This document shows positions 8,644 to 19,164 of a stretch of DNA of 64,000 nucleotides, piece by piece. Within the stretch, counting starts at the first letter, position 1. Every line of letters begins with the position of its first letter. Location: contig CAVTTN010000002.1 of the NCBI GenBank assembly GCA_963737655.1, positions 6,112,001-6,176,000 of the forward strand. Reading direction: 5' to 3'. Both the position numbers and the translations under genes were made by a program. This stretch comes from an uncultured Planctomycetota bacterium. Its GTDB lineage: Bacteria > Planctomycetota > Planctomycetia > Isosphaerales > Isosphaeraceae. The notes below the pieces were generated by a model. It searched no databases. It was not told the DNA's origin and saw only the letters and a program-made list of their open reading frames with translations.

Positions 8644-11136
8644 ATGACGAGGAAGAAGGTCTTTTCGATCGCGATCGTGGTCCTCGTCTCCGCCGGGGCC
8701 GCCGGGCTGGCCCGTCGGGCGGTGCTGCGGATGGGCAAGCAGCCCGATGGCTCGTTCCTGGTGTCGTCGGGGCAGAGGGTTGAGGGCGGCTCGCTCGCCT
8801 TCGACGGCCGCCCGATCGACCTGGCGTTGTATCCCTCGGGCGAGTTCTTCGCCGTGTTGAACAAGAGCCGGGCGTTCCTGGCCGATGCCTCGGGCGTGCG
8901 GCCCGGGAGCGTGGCGACCCTGGGCGGCGACGCGGGTTTTCGCGGCCTGGTCTGGTCGCCCGACGGCCTCCGCCTCTTCGCCAGCACGGCCGCCGGTCAT
9001 GTCCAGGTCTTCCGGCTCGATGGCAAGCGGCTGAAGGTCGAGACGCGGATCCGGATCGCGCCGACGGCCGACGACCCCAACCCCGTCCCCGGGGGGATGG
9101 CGATCACCCGCGACGGCTCCCGGCTGTTCGTCGCGGCGGCCAACCGCAACGCCGTGGTCGAGGTCGATCTCGCGAAGAACGAGAGGGTCCGCGAATTCGC
9201 CGTCGAAAACCTCCCGTTCGAGCCGAGGCTGACCGACGATGAATCGACGCTGATCGTGAGCAACTGGGGAGGAAGGCTCGCGAGGCCCGGGGAAAAGACG
9301 GCCAAGAGCCAGAATCTCGATATCCTGGTGGACGACCGGGGCGCGCCGGCGTCGGGATCGGTATCCTTGATCGATCGGAAGGCCGGCACGTCTCGGCGTG
9401 TGGAAGTCGGCATCCATCCGACGGCCGTGGTCGTCTCCGGGCGGAGGGCCTACGTCGCCAACGCGATGAGCGACTCGGTCTCGGAGATCGACCTGGATTC
9501 GGCGACGGTCTCCCGGACGATCGAGCTGCGTTGGGGATCGCTCCGCGTCCTCGGCGGGATGCCCAACGCGCTGGCGATCCGGGGGCGGACGCTGTTCGTG
9601 GCCGACGGCGGCGATAACGCATTGGCGGAAGTCGACCTGGAGGCCGGTCGAGTGCTCGGATATCGCCCCGCCGGCTATTTCCCGGTGGCCGTGGCGCTCG
9701 CTCCCGACGGGAAAACGGCCTACGTGCTGAACACGAAGGGGAACGGGTCGGTCAGCAAGACGACCCTCGGCCGCCCCGGCAATGCCCACGATTTCCAGGG
9801 GACCGTGACCGTGGTGGACCTGGCCCGGGACCTCGGCGAGGCCACGGCGCTCGTGGCCCGCAACAACCGATGGGAGAGCCGACCGGGACGCCCGCCGGGA
9901 AGAGTCTATAACGGCGCGATCAAGCACGTGATCTACATCATCAAGGAAAATCGCACGTATGACGAGGTCTTCGGCGACCTGCCCCAGGGCGAGGGCGACC
10001 CGAAGCTGTGCTCCCTGGGCGAGGCGGTCATGCCGAACCATCGCAAGATCGCTCGCGAGTTCACCCTGTTCGACAATGGATATGTGAGCGGGACGAACAG
10101 CGCCGACGGCCACGCCTGGTCCACTCAGTGCCTGGCGAACGATTATCTGGAACACTTCTACGTGGGCTATTCGCGGACCTACCCCGACGACGGCGACGAC
10201 GCGATGGCGATCTCCTCCGGGGGCGCCCTGTGGGACGCGGCGGCCCGCAAGGGGAAGTCGATCCGCGTCTACGGCGAGTTCTGCGACGAGGCCCTGGCGA
10301 GGGTCGAGCCCGAGCCGAACGACTGGTTCGAGGTCTGGGAGGACCGCAAGGCGGGGACCCACAAGTTCAAGTTCTCGGCCGACACCCGGCTGGCGAACCT
10401 CCGGCCCTTCATCAACCGCGAGGTGCATTACTGGCCCCTCCTGATGAGCGATCAACATCGCGCGGATGTTTTCATCCGGGAGTATGAGCGGTTTTGCAAG
10501 GATGGCCGCGTCCCCGACCTCACGATCCTGAGCCTGCCGTGCGACCACGGCGAGGGGGTGAACCCCAAGTACCCCACGCCCCGGGCGATGATGGCCGACA
10601 ATGACCTGGCGCTGGGGCGGATCGTCGAGGCGGTCTCGAAGGGCCCCGAGTGGGATCGGACGTGCATCTTCGTGGTCGAGGACGACGCCCAGTCCGGCCC
10701 CGACCACATCGACGGCCACCGGACCGTCTTCCTCGCGATCAGCCCGTTCAGCCGGCGGAAGGCCGTCGATTCGACGTTCTACACCCAGGCGAACATGATC
10801 CGGTCGATCGAGATGATCCTGGGCCTCGATCCGATGAATCGGTTCGACTCCGTGGCCGAGCCGATGGTCTCCTGCTTCACCGACGAGCCCGACCCGACCC
10901 CGTACCGGGCGGTGCCGAACAACGTCCCCCTGGACGAGAGGAACCCCTCGGGGCCGAAGATCTCGGCGGCCGATCGGTACTGGATGGAGAAGACGCTGTC
11001 GCTGGACTGGAGCCACCTGGACGCGCCGGACCCGTTCTGGCTGAACCGGATCAACTGGTACAGCCTCTTCAAAGGTGAGCGGCCCTACCCCGATCGGCCC
11101 GGGGAGCGTCCCGGTCGGGAGGATGCCGACGACTGA
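8644..11136 (+). CDS. Secreted YVTN/YncE beta-propeller + phosphoesterase (alkaline-phosphatase superfamily) fusion
   Basis: Signal peptide; 'AYVANAMSDSVS' propeller repeats; 'IKHVIYIIKENRTYD', 'VEDDAQSGPDH'. Confidence 0.85.
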   Translation: MTRKKVFSIAIVVLVSAGAAGLARRAVLRMGKQPDGSFLVSSGQRVEGGSLAFDGRPIDLALYPSGEFFAVLNKSRAFLADASGVRPGSVATLGGDAGFRGLVWSPDGLRLFASTAAGHVQVFRLDGKRLKVETRIRIAPTADDPNPVPGGMAITRDGSRLFVAAANRNAVVEVDLAKNERVREFAVENLPFEPRLTDDESTLIVSNWGGRLARPGEKTAKSQNLDILVDDRGAPASGSVSLIDRKAGTSRRVEVGIHPTAVVVSGRRAYVANAMSDSVSEIDLDSATVSRTIELRWGSLRVLGGMPNALAIRGRTLFVADGGDNALAEVDLEAGRVLGYRPAGYFPVAVALAPDGKTAYVLNTKGNGSVSKTTLGRPGNAHDFQGTVTVVDLARDLGEATALVARNNRWESRPGRPPGRVYNGAIKHVIYIIKENRTYDEVFGDLPQGEGDPKLCSLGEAVMPNHRKIAREFTLFDNGYVSGTNSADGHAWSTQCLANDYLEHFYVGYSRTYPDDGDDAMAISSGGALWDAAARKGKSIRVYGEFCDEALARVEPEPNDWFEVWEDRKAGTHKFKFSADTRLANLRPFINREVHYWPLLMSDQHRADVFIREYERFCKDGRVPDLTILSLPCDHGEGVNPKYPTPRAMMADNDLALGRIVEAVSKGPEWDRTCIFVVEDDAQSGPDHIDGHRTVFLAISPFSRRKAVDSTFYTQANMIRSIEMILGLDPMNRFDSVAEPMVSCFTDEPDPTPYRAVPNNVPLDERNPSGPKISAADRYWMEKTLSLDWSHLDAPDPFWLNRINWYSLFKGERPYPDRPGERPGREDADD

Positions 11137-11140
11137 GGGC

Positions 11141-13477
11141 CTATCGGGGGTCCGGGATCGCCCGTGCCGCGTCGCGGAGCGAGAGGATCTCGCGATTCCG
11201 GGCGGCGGCCGAGAAGCTCGGGTCGATGCGAAGGGCCCGCGAGTAGGCGAGGCGGGCCTGGTCGAACTTGCCGAGCCCTTCGAGGGCCAGGGCGTGGTTG
11301 AAGGCGCACTCCGGGCTCGTCGGCGAGAGCGCCTCGCAGACGCGGAAGGCGGCGGCGGCCTCCTGGAAGCGTCCCAGGCGGTAGGCGCAGAGGCCCAGGT
11401 GGAAGTTCGGCCAGAAGTCCTGGGGGCGTTCCTCAAGGGCCCGCTCGAACTGAGCAAGGGCCTCCACGAGCCGGCCGGATCTCAGTTCGAAGCGGCCGAG
11501 GTCGTCGTGTTCCCGGGCGTTCCGCGGAGGGCCGACGTCCTCGGCGGCGACCCCTCCGAGCTCGGCGGCCAGCGCGCGGGCCAGGCGGCTCAACGAGGGG
11601 CTGGGGCCGCAGGTCTTGCGGGCTTCCTCGACCGTGGTCAGGGCCTCTTTCAGGGCGAGCGGCCGGTCGTCGGCCGTCGTCCGGCGGGCCTGGGCGTCGA
11701 TCCCGACGAGGGCGAGCTCCCGCAAGTCGTCGCGGACCCGATCGGCCAGGCCCGGGACGGCCCGGCCTCTCGCCCAGTCCATCAGCGGCTGGCGATCGTC
11801 CCAGATCGCCGAGAAATGCTCGTCGAGGGCCCGGGCGGCCTCCTCGTCGGGGGCCTCGGCGCCGAACCGGAACCGGATGAGGTCGGCGAGGCGGTGGAGT
11901 TCGTCGGCCTTCTGGCCGATCCGGGCGGTTCGGAGTTCCTCGCGGACTTCCGCCTCGGCCCTCCCCTGCCCGACCAGCCCTCGGACCCGCTTCAGACCAC
12001 GATCGAGGATCGCGACGGCCTCGCCGTGCCGACCCTCGGCGATCCGGGCCCGGCCGGAGGCGAGCGCCTCGTCCTTGTCGCGGACCCTCTGGCGATACTC
12101 GGCCGAGGCGAGGGTCAGCGCGACCAGGAGGCCGCCGAAACCGCCCGCGAGCGTCAGGCCCCGGGCGAACGACGACGGGCTCCGCCTCCGCCACTTCCGC
12201 CATCGCTCGCGGAGGCTCCGGTTCGGCACGCCCCGCAAGGGCAAATCGCCGAGGTGCCGGCGGAGGTCGTCGGCCACGGCGGAGGCGTCGGGGTAGCGGT
12301 CGGCCGGATCGTCGGCCAGGCAGCGGCCGATCAGGTCGCCGAGGCCGACCGACCCGCCCGGCCCGGGCCTCGTCGCGATCGGCGAACCTCGGCCGACCCG
12401 CCCCGGGCCGTCCAGGGACTCGACCAGGAGGAGGCCCAGGGCGTGGAGGTCGGCCCGATGGTCGATCGCCCGCTCGGTCGGGTCGCCGAGGGTCGCGGCG
12501 CGGAAGGCGGCTTCCTGCTCCGGGGCCATCCAGCCGGGGGTCCCTCCGAGCCTCCCTCGGACGATCGCCCTGGCCGCGACGGGGTGGCGGGCCAGGTGGA
12601 AATCCAGGAGCAGGGGCAGGCCGTCGGCGGCGATCAGGACGTTCGACGGCTTCAGGTCCATGTGGACCAGCCCTCGCGAGTGGGCCGAGTGCAGGGCGTC
12701 GGCCATGCACGCGGCGATCCAGCAAACGGCCTGCTCCCAGGTCGCCTCGCGGAGGTAGCGGCGGCACGGGCCGTCGGTCACGGGCGGCTCGGCGGATCGG
12801 GGTTGGGAGCGGTCGAGAGCGCTGAGCAGGTCCGCCCCTCGTCGTCGAGCCGGCGGGATCGTCGCGACCTCGGCGAGGAGGCGGTCGAGGCTCGCGCCGC
12901 CGAGATACGGCATGCAAAGCCCCCGGAGCCGCCTCTCGGGGAAGGTTTGCTCGGAGAACAACGGGAGGATGTGGGTGTTCTGGAGCCGGGCCAGGGCGAG
13001 GTGCTCGTCCTGGTCGGCCGGCTGGAACTTGACGACCACGAGGCGATCGGCCAGGGCGGGCTCGCGGGCCAGGTACGTCCGGCCGGAGGCCCCCCGGCCG
13101 AGCTCTTCGAGCAGGAGGAACGGGCCGATCTCCTCGCCGACCTCGGGCAGGGTCGCCGAATGGGTCGTGGCTTCGAGGAAGCGGTCGAAGTCCAGGAGGA
13201 CGGCCAGCTCGGAGCGGAACTTCGGGAATCGGGCGAGGACCTCGCGGGTCTCGGGCGCGTGGCCGGCCTCTCGTCGCGAGAGGACCTCCTCGTAGATCAG
13301 GCGGACGAGGGCCTCGGGGTCGCGGTCGGCATTCTCGGCGATCAGGCCCTCCAGGGGGGCGAGGTCCCCGAGGGATCGGCGCCCGGCCAGGTCGTCGAGG
13401 CGGTCGCGGACCCAGGTCGAGGCCGAGGACGGCCCTCCCGGGCTCGGGGACTCGGAGAGGAACGGGTCGGACGACAT
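11141..13477 (-). CDS. Hanks-type Ser/Thr kinase with a TM segment and C-terminal TPRs
   Basis: 'LGRGASG', 'VVK', 'HMDLKPSN', 'DFH', 'GTPGWMAPE'; TPR-like helices at the C-terminus. Confidence 0.9.
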   Translation of the reverse strand: MSSDPFLSESPSPGGPSSASTWVRDRLDDLAGRRSLGDLAPLEGLIAENADRDPEALVRLIYEEVLSRREAGHAPETREVLARFPKFRSELAVLLDFDRFLEATTHSATLPEVGEEIGPFLLLEELGRGASGRTYLAREPALADRLVVVKFQPADQDEHLALARLQNTHILPLFSEQTFPERRLRGLCMPYLGGASLDRLLAEVATIPPARRRGADLLSALDRSQPRSAEPPVTDGPCRRYLREATWEQAVCWIAACMADALHSAHSRGLVHMDLKPSNVLIAADGLPLLLDFHLARHPVAARAIVRGRLGGTPGWMAPEQEAAFRAATLGDPTERAIDHRADLHALGLLLVESLDGPGRVGRGSPIATRPGPGGSVGLGDLIGRCLADDPADRYPDASAVADDLRRHLGDLPLRGVPNRSLRERWRKWRRRSPSSFARGLTLAGGFGGLLVALTLASAEYRQRVRDKDEALASGRARIAEGRHGEAVAILDRGLKRVRGLVGQGRAEAEVREELRTARIGQKADELHRLADLIRFRFGAEAPDEEAARALDEHFSAIWDDRQPLMDWARGRAVPGLADRVRDDLRELALVGIDAQARRTTADDRPLALKEALTTVEEARKTCGPSPSLSRLARALAAELGGVAAEDVGPPRNAREHDDLGRFELRSGRLVEALAQFERALEERPQDFWPNFHLGLCAYRLGRFQEAAAAFRVCEALSPTSPECAFNHALALEGLGKFDQARLAYSRALRIDPSFSAAARNREILSLRDAARAIPDPR

Positions 13478-13498
13478 CGAGGGAGCCTCGCGGCGGGT

Positions 13499-14086
13499 TC
13501 AGTTCGCCCGTATCGGGGCCGTTCGCATGCGGCGGGCGAGCTCGTAGAGGATTCGGCGGACGCTGCCCTCGTGGAGGCCGACGGCCGAGGCGATCTCGGC
13601 CAGGGAGCGGCCCTCCCTCTTGAGACGGAGAATGGTTTGATGCGTCGGGGGGCAGCGGCGGAGGAGGTCTTCCCAGAGCTCGCCGGCCTGCGCCACCTCG
13701 CTCGGCGAGGGGCCTTTCGCGCGGGGGAGGTTGCCCGAGGCAGACGGGTCGAGCGGGCGCTCTTTCTCCAGGGCCCGATGGTGCTTGCGGTGGTGGTCGA
13801 TCAGGCGATTGCGGGCGACCCGGACGAGGAAGGCCCGGAATTGCGCGGGGTCGCGGAAGCTCGGGTCGTTCGCCTCGACCCCGCAGAGCAGGTCGGCCCA
13901 GATCGACTGGACGACGTCCATCGAGTCGAGCTTGGCGCGGAGGGGGCCGCTGAGCCTCCGCCGGACGGCCATCCTCAGGTACGGTTCGTAGCGCTCCAGG
14001 GCGGATCGCGCGGCCGAGACGCCGCCTTCGCGAAGGTCCTTGAGCAGCTGGGCGAGGGGGTCGGTCGCGGCGGCATCCGTGCTCAT
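13499..14086 (-). CDS. ECF sigma factor, kinase-associated type
   Basis: sigma2 'YEPYLRMAVRRRL..DSMDVVQS', 'VARNRLID'; sigma4 'REGRSLAEIA..GSVRR'. Confidence 0.88.
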   Translation of the reverse strand: MSTDAAATDPLAQLLKDLREGGVSAARSALERYEPYLRMAVRRRLSGPLRAKLDSMDVVQSIWADLLCGVEANDPSFRDPAQFRAFLVRVARNRLIDHHRKHHRALEKERPLDPSASGNLPRAKGPSPSEVAQAGELWEDLLRRCPPTHQTILRLKREGRSLAEIASAVGLHEGSVRRILYELARRMRTAPIRAN

Positions 14087-14090
14087 CAGA

Positions 14091-14941
14091 TCACCTCGGC
14101 AGCCAGAGTCCCGGGATCAGGGGCGGGGCGAGCGGTCGTCGGGAGCGGTCCTCGCGCCATCGGCGACGGGCCTCGATCGCGCCGAGCGTGGCGACGCAGG
14201 CGAGGCCCAGCGCCAGCGATCGCCCGGCGCCCGGGCCTCCGAGGGGGCCGATCGCTCCGAGTTCGCCGACCTCGTCCAGGACGTGATCCCACGCGTCCAG
14301 GAGGAATTCGCCGGAGAACGGGCGGGCCTGGTCGATGGGTCCGGCGGCGACGGGCGTGGGGGCGGCCTCTTCGCGGCCATCGGGTCCCGATTCGGCCTGG
14401 TCGGCCGGGGGCTCCGCGGCTCGGACCCGGGCGGAGGGGCGGTGAGGAACCCCGGGGACTCGGCCGGGGCGCCGGCCGGGCCGGCGGGCTCGGCGTTGGT
14501 CGCCGTGGCCGGGGCGATCCCGGGGGCAAGCGGGCTGAGCATCTGGCCGGGGCGGTGTTCCTGGGCCGGCGGGAGTCCCGACGAGTCGGAGGCGTCGCCC
14601 GGAGCGGTCCCGGGATTCGGGGCGGGCGCCAGGCTCGAGGGATCGGCCGGGCCGGTCGGGGACGAGTCCGGCGTGAGATCCCGCTCCGAGGGGAGGGCGT
14701 CCTCGTCCTCGTCGTCGGCCCGGGCCTCGGCCACCGGGGCCGTCGCCGACCCCGCCGATCGCGAGTCGATCTCCGAGGCGTCATCGGGATCGTCGGCCGT
14801 CGCGGCCCCGACCGAGGCGTGGGCGACGATCGCCGGAGGTGCCGGCGAGATCCAGGACGAGTGCGCGAGCAGTCGGCGACCTTCCAGGAGGTCCACCCGG
14901 GGGCCGAACGGGCGGCGGCGAGTCTGGGGGTGCTTCGGCAT
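14091..14941 (-). CDS. Planctomycete hypothetical protein: N-terminal LEGRRLL motif, acidic/Pro-rich linker, C-terminal TM + RRRW; frameshift near 14420
   Basis: MPKHPQTRRRPFGPRVDLLEGRRLLA.. switches to a frame absent from the ORF track that ends ..SLALGLACVATLGAIEARRRWREDR..GLWLPR*, 4 nt before the sigma start codon. Confidence 0.6.
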
Positions 14942-15189
14942 GGCCACGACGTCCCTGAGTGCCGATCGAAGTCTCCCGATCCCGGGAGCGGCGTTCGAGG
15001 CCGAGGCACACCCGTCATACTCGATTTCGGGCCCGCGAACCAGGCCAGTCGAGGCCCGGGGCGGCGGCGGCCCGGCCCCTGGTCTCGCCTCCGAAAAATC
15101 GCGCTCGGCCGTCGGGGAGGAATCCGTTTCCCGGGGTGTCGAGCGGCCCGGGGCCTCTCGGATTTCAGGATGTTCGAGATTCGGAGGAC

Positions 15190-15915
15190 ATGATGTCAAG
15201 AAAGTCTCTGGTCGCCGCGGCCTCGGTCATTCTCGCGATCCACGGCCCGGGCGGGACCAAGGCGGCCCAGGCCCAGGGTGCGGCCCCGGCCTCCTCGCCG
15301 ACGAAGGCGGGCCGGATGGAGGCGGACCTGGAGGCCAGCCGCGTCTTCATCAAGGTCACCTCGGGCAGCCGCCTGGGCCATGACCACGGCGTGATCGGCC
15401 GCTTGGAGTCGGGCTGGATCGCCCCGGGCACCGGCGGGGAGCTGGTCTTCGCGATGAAGACGTTCGTGACCGACACCCCCGAGGCCCGCAAGTTCGTCGG
15501 CCTGACCGCACCGATCAAGGCGGCCGATCGCGAGAAGTCCTGCTCCAACATGCTCTCGGCCGACGTCCTGGACGTGGCCCACTATCCCAAAGCCACGTTC
15601 AAGATCGACTCCTTCCGCCCGACCGGCAAGCAGGCGGCCGGCGCGCCCGGCGATTATCGCCTGACCGGCAGCTTCACGCTCCACGGCACGACCCGCCCCC
15701 TGACCATCGACGCCAAGCTGGAGCCGGGCGGGGCGCCGGGGACGTCTCGGCTCCGAGGGGCGTTCTCGATCCTTCAAACCGAGTTCGGCATCCAGCCCTA
15801 TTCGGCCCTCGGCGGCCTGGTCAGCATCGAGGACAAGCTGGACATCTGGGGCGAGTTCGTCGTCCGGAACGCCGCGAGCCAGGCGAAGGGGACGGCCCCG
15901 AAGGTCGTCCGATGA
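15190..15915 (+). CDS. YceI family lipid/polyisoprenoid-binding protein
   Basis: GGAGGA RBS, signal peptide, 'LDVAHYPKATF', 'GSFTLHGTTR', 'QTEFGIQP'. Confidence 0.8.
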   Translation: MMSRKSLVAAASVILAIHGPGGTKAAQAQGAAPASSPTKAGRMEADLEASRVFIKVTSGSRLGHDHGVIGRLESGWIAPGTGGELVFAMKTFVTDTPEARKFVGLTAPIKAADREKSCSNMLSADVLDVAHYPKATFKIDSFRPTGKQAAGAPGDYRLTGSFTLHGTTRPLTIDAKLEPGGAPGTSRLRGAFSILQTEFGIQPYSALGGLVSIEDKLDIWGEFVVRNAASQAKGTAPKVVR

Positions 15916-16622
15916 TCGTCCTGGACCGCGTGACGAAGGTCCATCGCGAGGGGGGCCGCCGGGTGGTCTCCCTCCGCGAGGTCAGCCTGAGGATCGAGCC
16001 GGGGGAGTACGTCGCGATCATGGGGCCCAGCGGCTCCGGGAAATCGACGCTCCTCCGCCTCCTCGGCGGCCTGGACGCCCCGAGCTCCGGGGCCGTGCGG
16101 TTCCTCCGCCGCGACCTGGCCCGGCTGAGCGAGCGGGAGCGCTCGCTCGACCGGCGGCGGCGGATCGGCTTCGTCTTCCAGGAGTTCAACCTCGTCCCCT
16201 CGCTCTCGGCGGCCGAGAACGTGGCCCTGCCGATGCTCCTGGACGGCCGTCCTCGCCGAGAGGCGATGGCCCTCGCCCGCCGGTGGCTCGAACGGCTCGG
16301 CCTGGACTCCCGGGCCGACGCCCGACCCGAGGCGCTCTCCGGAGGCGAGAGGCAGAGGGTTGCCATCGCCCGGGCCGTGGCCATCGGGCCGTGCCTGGTC
16401 CTCTGCGACGAGCCGACCGGGAGCCTGGATTCGGCCTCGGGCCGGGAGGTCCGCACGCTCCTGAGGTCCCTGCCGAGGCCCGGAGAGACGTCGGTGGTGA
16501 TGGTCACCCACGACCCGGAGGCCGCCGCCGACGCCGATCGGATCGTCCGCATCCGGGATGGGAGGATCGAGGAGGCCCCGGACCCGAAGGAGTCCCATGC
16601 TCGCTCTCTTTCGCGTCCTTAG
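15912..16622 (+). CDS. ABC transporter ATP-binding protein (LolD/MacB-like)
   Basis: Walker A GPSGSGKS, 'GFVFQEFNL', LSGGE signature, 'DEPTGSLD', 'VTHD'. Confidence 0.93.
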   Translation: MIVLDRVTKVHREGGRRVVSLREVSLRIEPGEYVAIMGPSGSGKSTLLRLLGGLDAPSSGAVRFLRRDLARLSERERSLDRRRRIGFVFQEFNLVPSLSAAENVALPMLLDGRPRREAMALARRWLERLGLDSRADARPEALSGGERQRVAIARAVAIGPCLVLCDEPTGSLDSASGREVRTLLRSLPRPGETSVVMVTHDPEAAADADRIVRIRDGRIEEAPDPKESHARSLSRP

Positions 16623-19164
16623 CGTCCGGGAGGCCCTGGACCATCCGGTTCGCTCGGCCCTGGTGGCGGCGAGCCTCGCGCTGGGCGTCGTCGCGTGGAC
16701 GACCACGTGGCTGCTGAACGAGGCGCTCGACGCCGCCCTCCTCGCCTCGTCCCCCGCGACCGAGGCCGACCTGTACCTCGGCCACGGGGATTCGGGACTT
16801 CGTCGCGAGCTGCTCGACCGCGTGGTGAGGGTCCGGGGCGTCCGCTCGGCCCGTCCGGTGGTGATCGAGCGGATCTTGATCCGAGGGAGGTCGGACGTCC
16901 CCGCCGTCCTCGTGGGGATCGACGTGGCGATCTCCGACGCCGGCGCGAGGGCCGCCGGGGTCAAGATCAGTCCCGGGGCGTCGGCCGCGTTCCTTCGGGG
17001 CCTGGTCCTCCGAAGGCATCCGGTCCTGATCGGCCGGTCCCTCCGCGAGGCCGTGGGCCCGGGCGGCGGGAGGCTGGTCGCGAGGATCGGCGGCGAGCGC
17101 CGGGAGCTCGATTGCGTGGGCACGATCGACGGCGACGGCGCCGCCGGTGCCCTGGGAAGCTCGGTCGTCCTGACCGACGCGCGAGTCGCCGCCCAGCTCG
17201 CCGGCCACCCGGACCGGGTCACCCGGTTCGACATTGAGGTGGACGACCCGGCCGAGCTGGGCGGCGTCCGCGACCGGCTCCGCGCGGTCGTCGGCGATCT
17301 CGGCGAGGTCATCACGCCCGAGGGCCAGGGCCGGCGGACCCGCGAGGCCCTCGGCGCGCTCCGAGTCGGGTTCGGCCTGTGCGGGGCGGGGGCGCTGGGC
17401 CTCTCGCTGTTCCTCGTCGCGAACGTCCTCGGCGTGACCGTGGCGGGCCTTCGGAGGACGATCGGCCTCGTCCGCTCGATCGGGGCGACCCCGGGGCAGG
17501 TCCGCCTGGGAATCCTCGGTCAAGCCCTGCTCCTGGGCCTGATCGGCTCGGCGGCCGGGGTGCCGATGGGTTGCGGGGTCGCCCGCCTGGCCGTGGGGCC
17601 GCTCCTCCGCGCCGTCGGCGACCTGTTCGTGCCCCTGCCGCCCGGTCGCGTGGAGCTCACGGCCGGGGTCGCCCTGGTGGGCGTGGCGGCCGGGCTCGTC
17701 ACGGCGATCCTCGCGGCGTGGATGCCGGCCTCCCGGGCCGCGTCGGTCTCGCCGAGGGAGGCCCTGAATGCCGTGGGACCGGACGCCGATCGCCCCGGAC
17801 GGGCCCGCCTGCCGATCGCGATCGCGCTGGGCCTGGCGGCGGCCGTCGCCTTCTTCGCGGGTCGAGGGGCGCCGTCGCCCCTGGCGGCGTACTCGGCGCT
17901 GGTGCTCGGAATCGGGGCGACGTTGCTCGTCGTCCCGATCGCGACGACGACCGTCGCCCGGGCCCTCCGCCCGATCGCCGGCCTTCTCGGCGGCATCCCG
18001 GGGCGCCTGGCGATCGATGGCCTGATCCGGTCGCCGTCCCGGGCCGGGGCGGCGGTCGCGGGGCTGGCCGGCGGAGTGGCGTTGATGATCCAGACCGGCG
18101 GGGTGATCCAGGGGAACGAGGGGGCGGTCCGCCGATGGGTCGATCGCTGCATCACGGGCGACCTGTTCGTCACCTCGGGAGGCCCGATGAGCGCCAGCGG
18201 CCGGATGGTCCCGATGGCCGAGTCCCTCGGCCCGCGGATCGAGGCGGCGCTGCCGGGTTCGCGGGCCGTCCCGATGCGGTTCCGCCACCTGGACTGGTCG
18301 TGGAAGGGGCGGAAGACCCAGGTCCTCCTGCTCGCGCTGGACGCCCGGTCCTACGTCGCGATGGCCGCCGACCGCCGGCCTCCCTTGCTCGACCTGGACC
18401 TCTATCGCCGCCTCGAAGGGCCGGGGACGGCGCTGGTCTCGGAGAACTTCGCCGCGCTGAACGGGATCGCCGTCGGCCAGACGATCGAGCTGCCGGGGGC
18501 CTCGGGGCCGGTCGCCTTGAAGGTCGTCGGCACGGTGGTCGATTTCTCGAACAGCCGGGGGACGATCCTGGTGGATCGGTGCCGCTATCGGGACGTTTTC
18601 GATGCGTCATCGGTGGACCTGTTCGCGGTCGCCCTGGGCGGCCTCGATCCGGGGACGTCTCAAGAAACCCTGTTGCGGTCGCCGTGGGCGGCGGATGCGG
18701 CGATCCAGGCCATGCCGCGCCGGGCGCTCCGCGAGCACATCCTCGGGATGATCCGCCGGCTTCATGGCGTGGCGTATGTCCAGGAAGTCGTGGCGGCGGC
18801 GGTGGCGTCGCTGGGGGTGGCGGCCTCGATGCTGATCTGCGTCCTTCAGAGGAGGCGAGAGCTCGGGCTGCTCCGGGCCGTGGGCGCGACGCCCTCGCAG
18901 GTCTTCGGGACGGTGATCCTCGAGGCCGGGTTCCTCGCGTTGATCGGCGTCGGCTTTGGTGCGATGATCGGGCTGGGCCTGGAATGGTACGTCTTGCGGG
19001 TGCTCTTGCTGACCGAAACCGGCTTCGCCTTCCCGGTGAGCGTGCCGTGGGCCGACGTCGGGCTCGTGGCGATGGGCGCGGGCCTGGGTTCTCTCCTGGC
19101 CGGGCTCGGGCCGGCGATCTCGGCCTCCCGGATGCCGCTGAGCCGGGCCCTGGGTCGCGGATGA
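16597..19164 (+). CDS. ABC transporter permease with duplicated FtsX/MacB-type domains
   Basis: Two repeats 'IGLVRSIGATPGQV' and 'ELGLLRAVGATPSQV'; many TM helices. Confidence 0.88.
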   Translation: MLALFRVLSVREALDHPVRSALVAASLALGVVAWTTTWLLNEALDAALLASSPATEADLYLGHGDSGLRRELLDRVVRVRGVRSARPVVIERILIRGRSDVPAVLVGIDVAISDAGARAAGVKISPGASAAFLRGLVLRRHPVLIGRSLREAVGPGGGRLVARIGGERRELDCVGTIDGDGAAGALGSSVVLTDARVAAQLAGHPDRVTRFDIEVDDPAELGGVRDRLRAVVGDLGEVITPEGQGRRTREALGALRVGFGLCGAGALGLSLFLVANVLGVTVAGLRRTIGLVRSIGATPGQVRLGILGQALLLGLIGSAAGVPMGCGVARLAVGPLLRAVGDLFVPLPPGRVELTAGVALVGVAAGLVTAILAAWMPASRAASVSPREALNAVGPDADRPGRARLPIAIALGLAAAVAFFAGRGAPSPLAAYSALVLGIGATLLVVPIATTTVARALRPIAGLLGGIPGRLAIDGLIRSPSRAGAAVAGLAGGVALMIQTGGVIQGNEGAVRRWVDRCITGDLFVTSGGPMSASGRMVPMAESLGPRIEAALPGSRAVPMRFRHLDWSWKGRKTQVLLLALDARSYVAMAADRRPPLLDLDLYRRLEGPGTALVSENFAALNGIAVGQTIELPGASGPVALKVVGTVVDFSNSRGTILVDRCRYRDVFDASSVDLFAVALGGLDPGTSQETLLRSPWAADAAIQAMPRRALREHILGMIRRLHGVAYVQEVVAAAVASLGVAASMLICVLQRRRELGLLRAVGATPSQVFGTVILEAGFLALIGVGFGAMIGLGLEWYVLRVLLLTETGFAFPVSVPWADVGLVAMGAGLGSLLAGLGPAISASRMPLSRALGRG

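Noticed and set aside
11075..15193. 1372-aa plus-strand ORF, and similar ones at 21475-24543, 8596-11457 and 57270-59774
   Set aside because: Shadow ORFs opposite recognisable genes, caused by stop-codon scarcity at high GC
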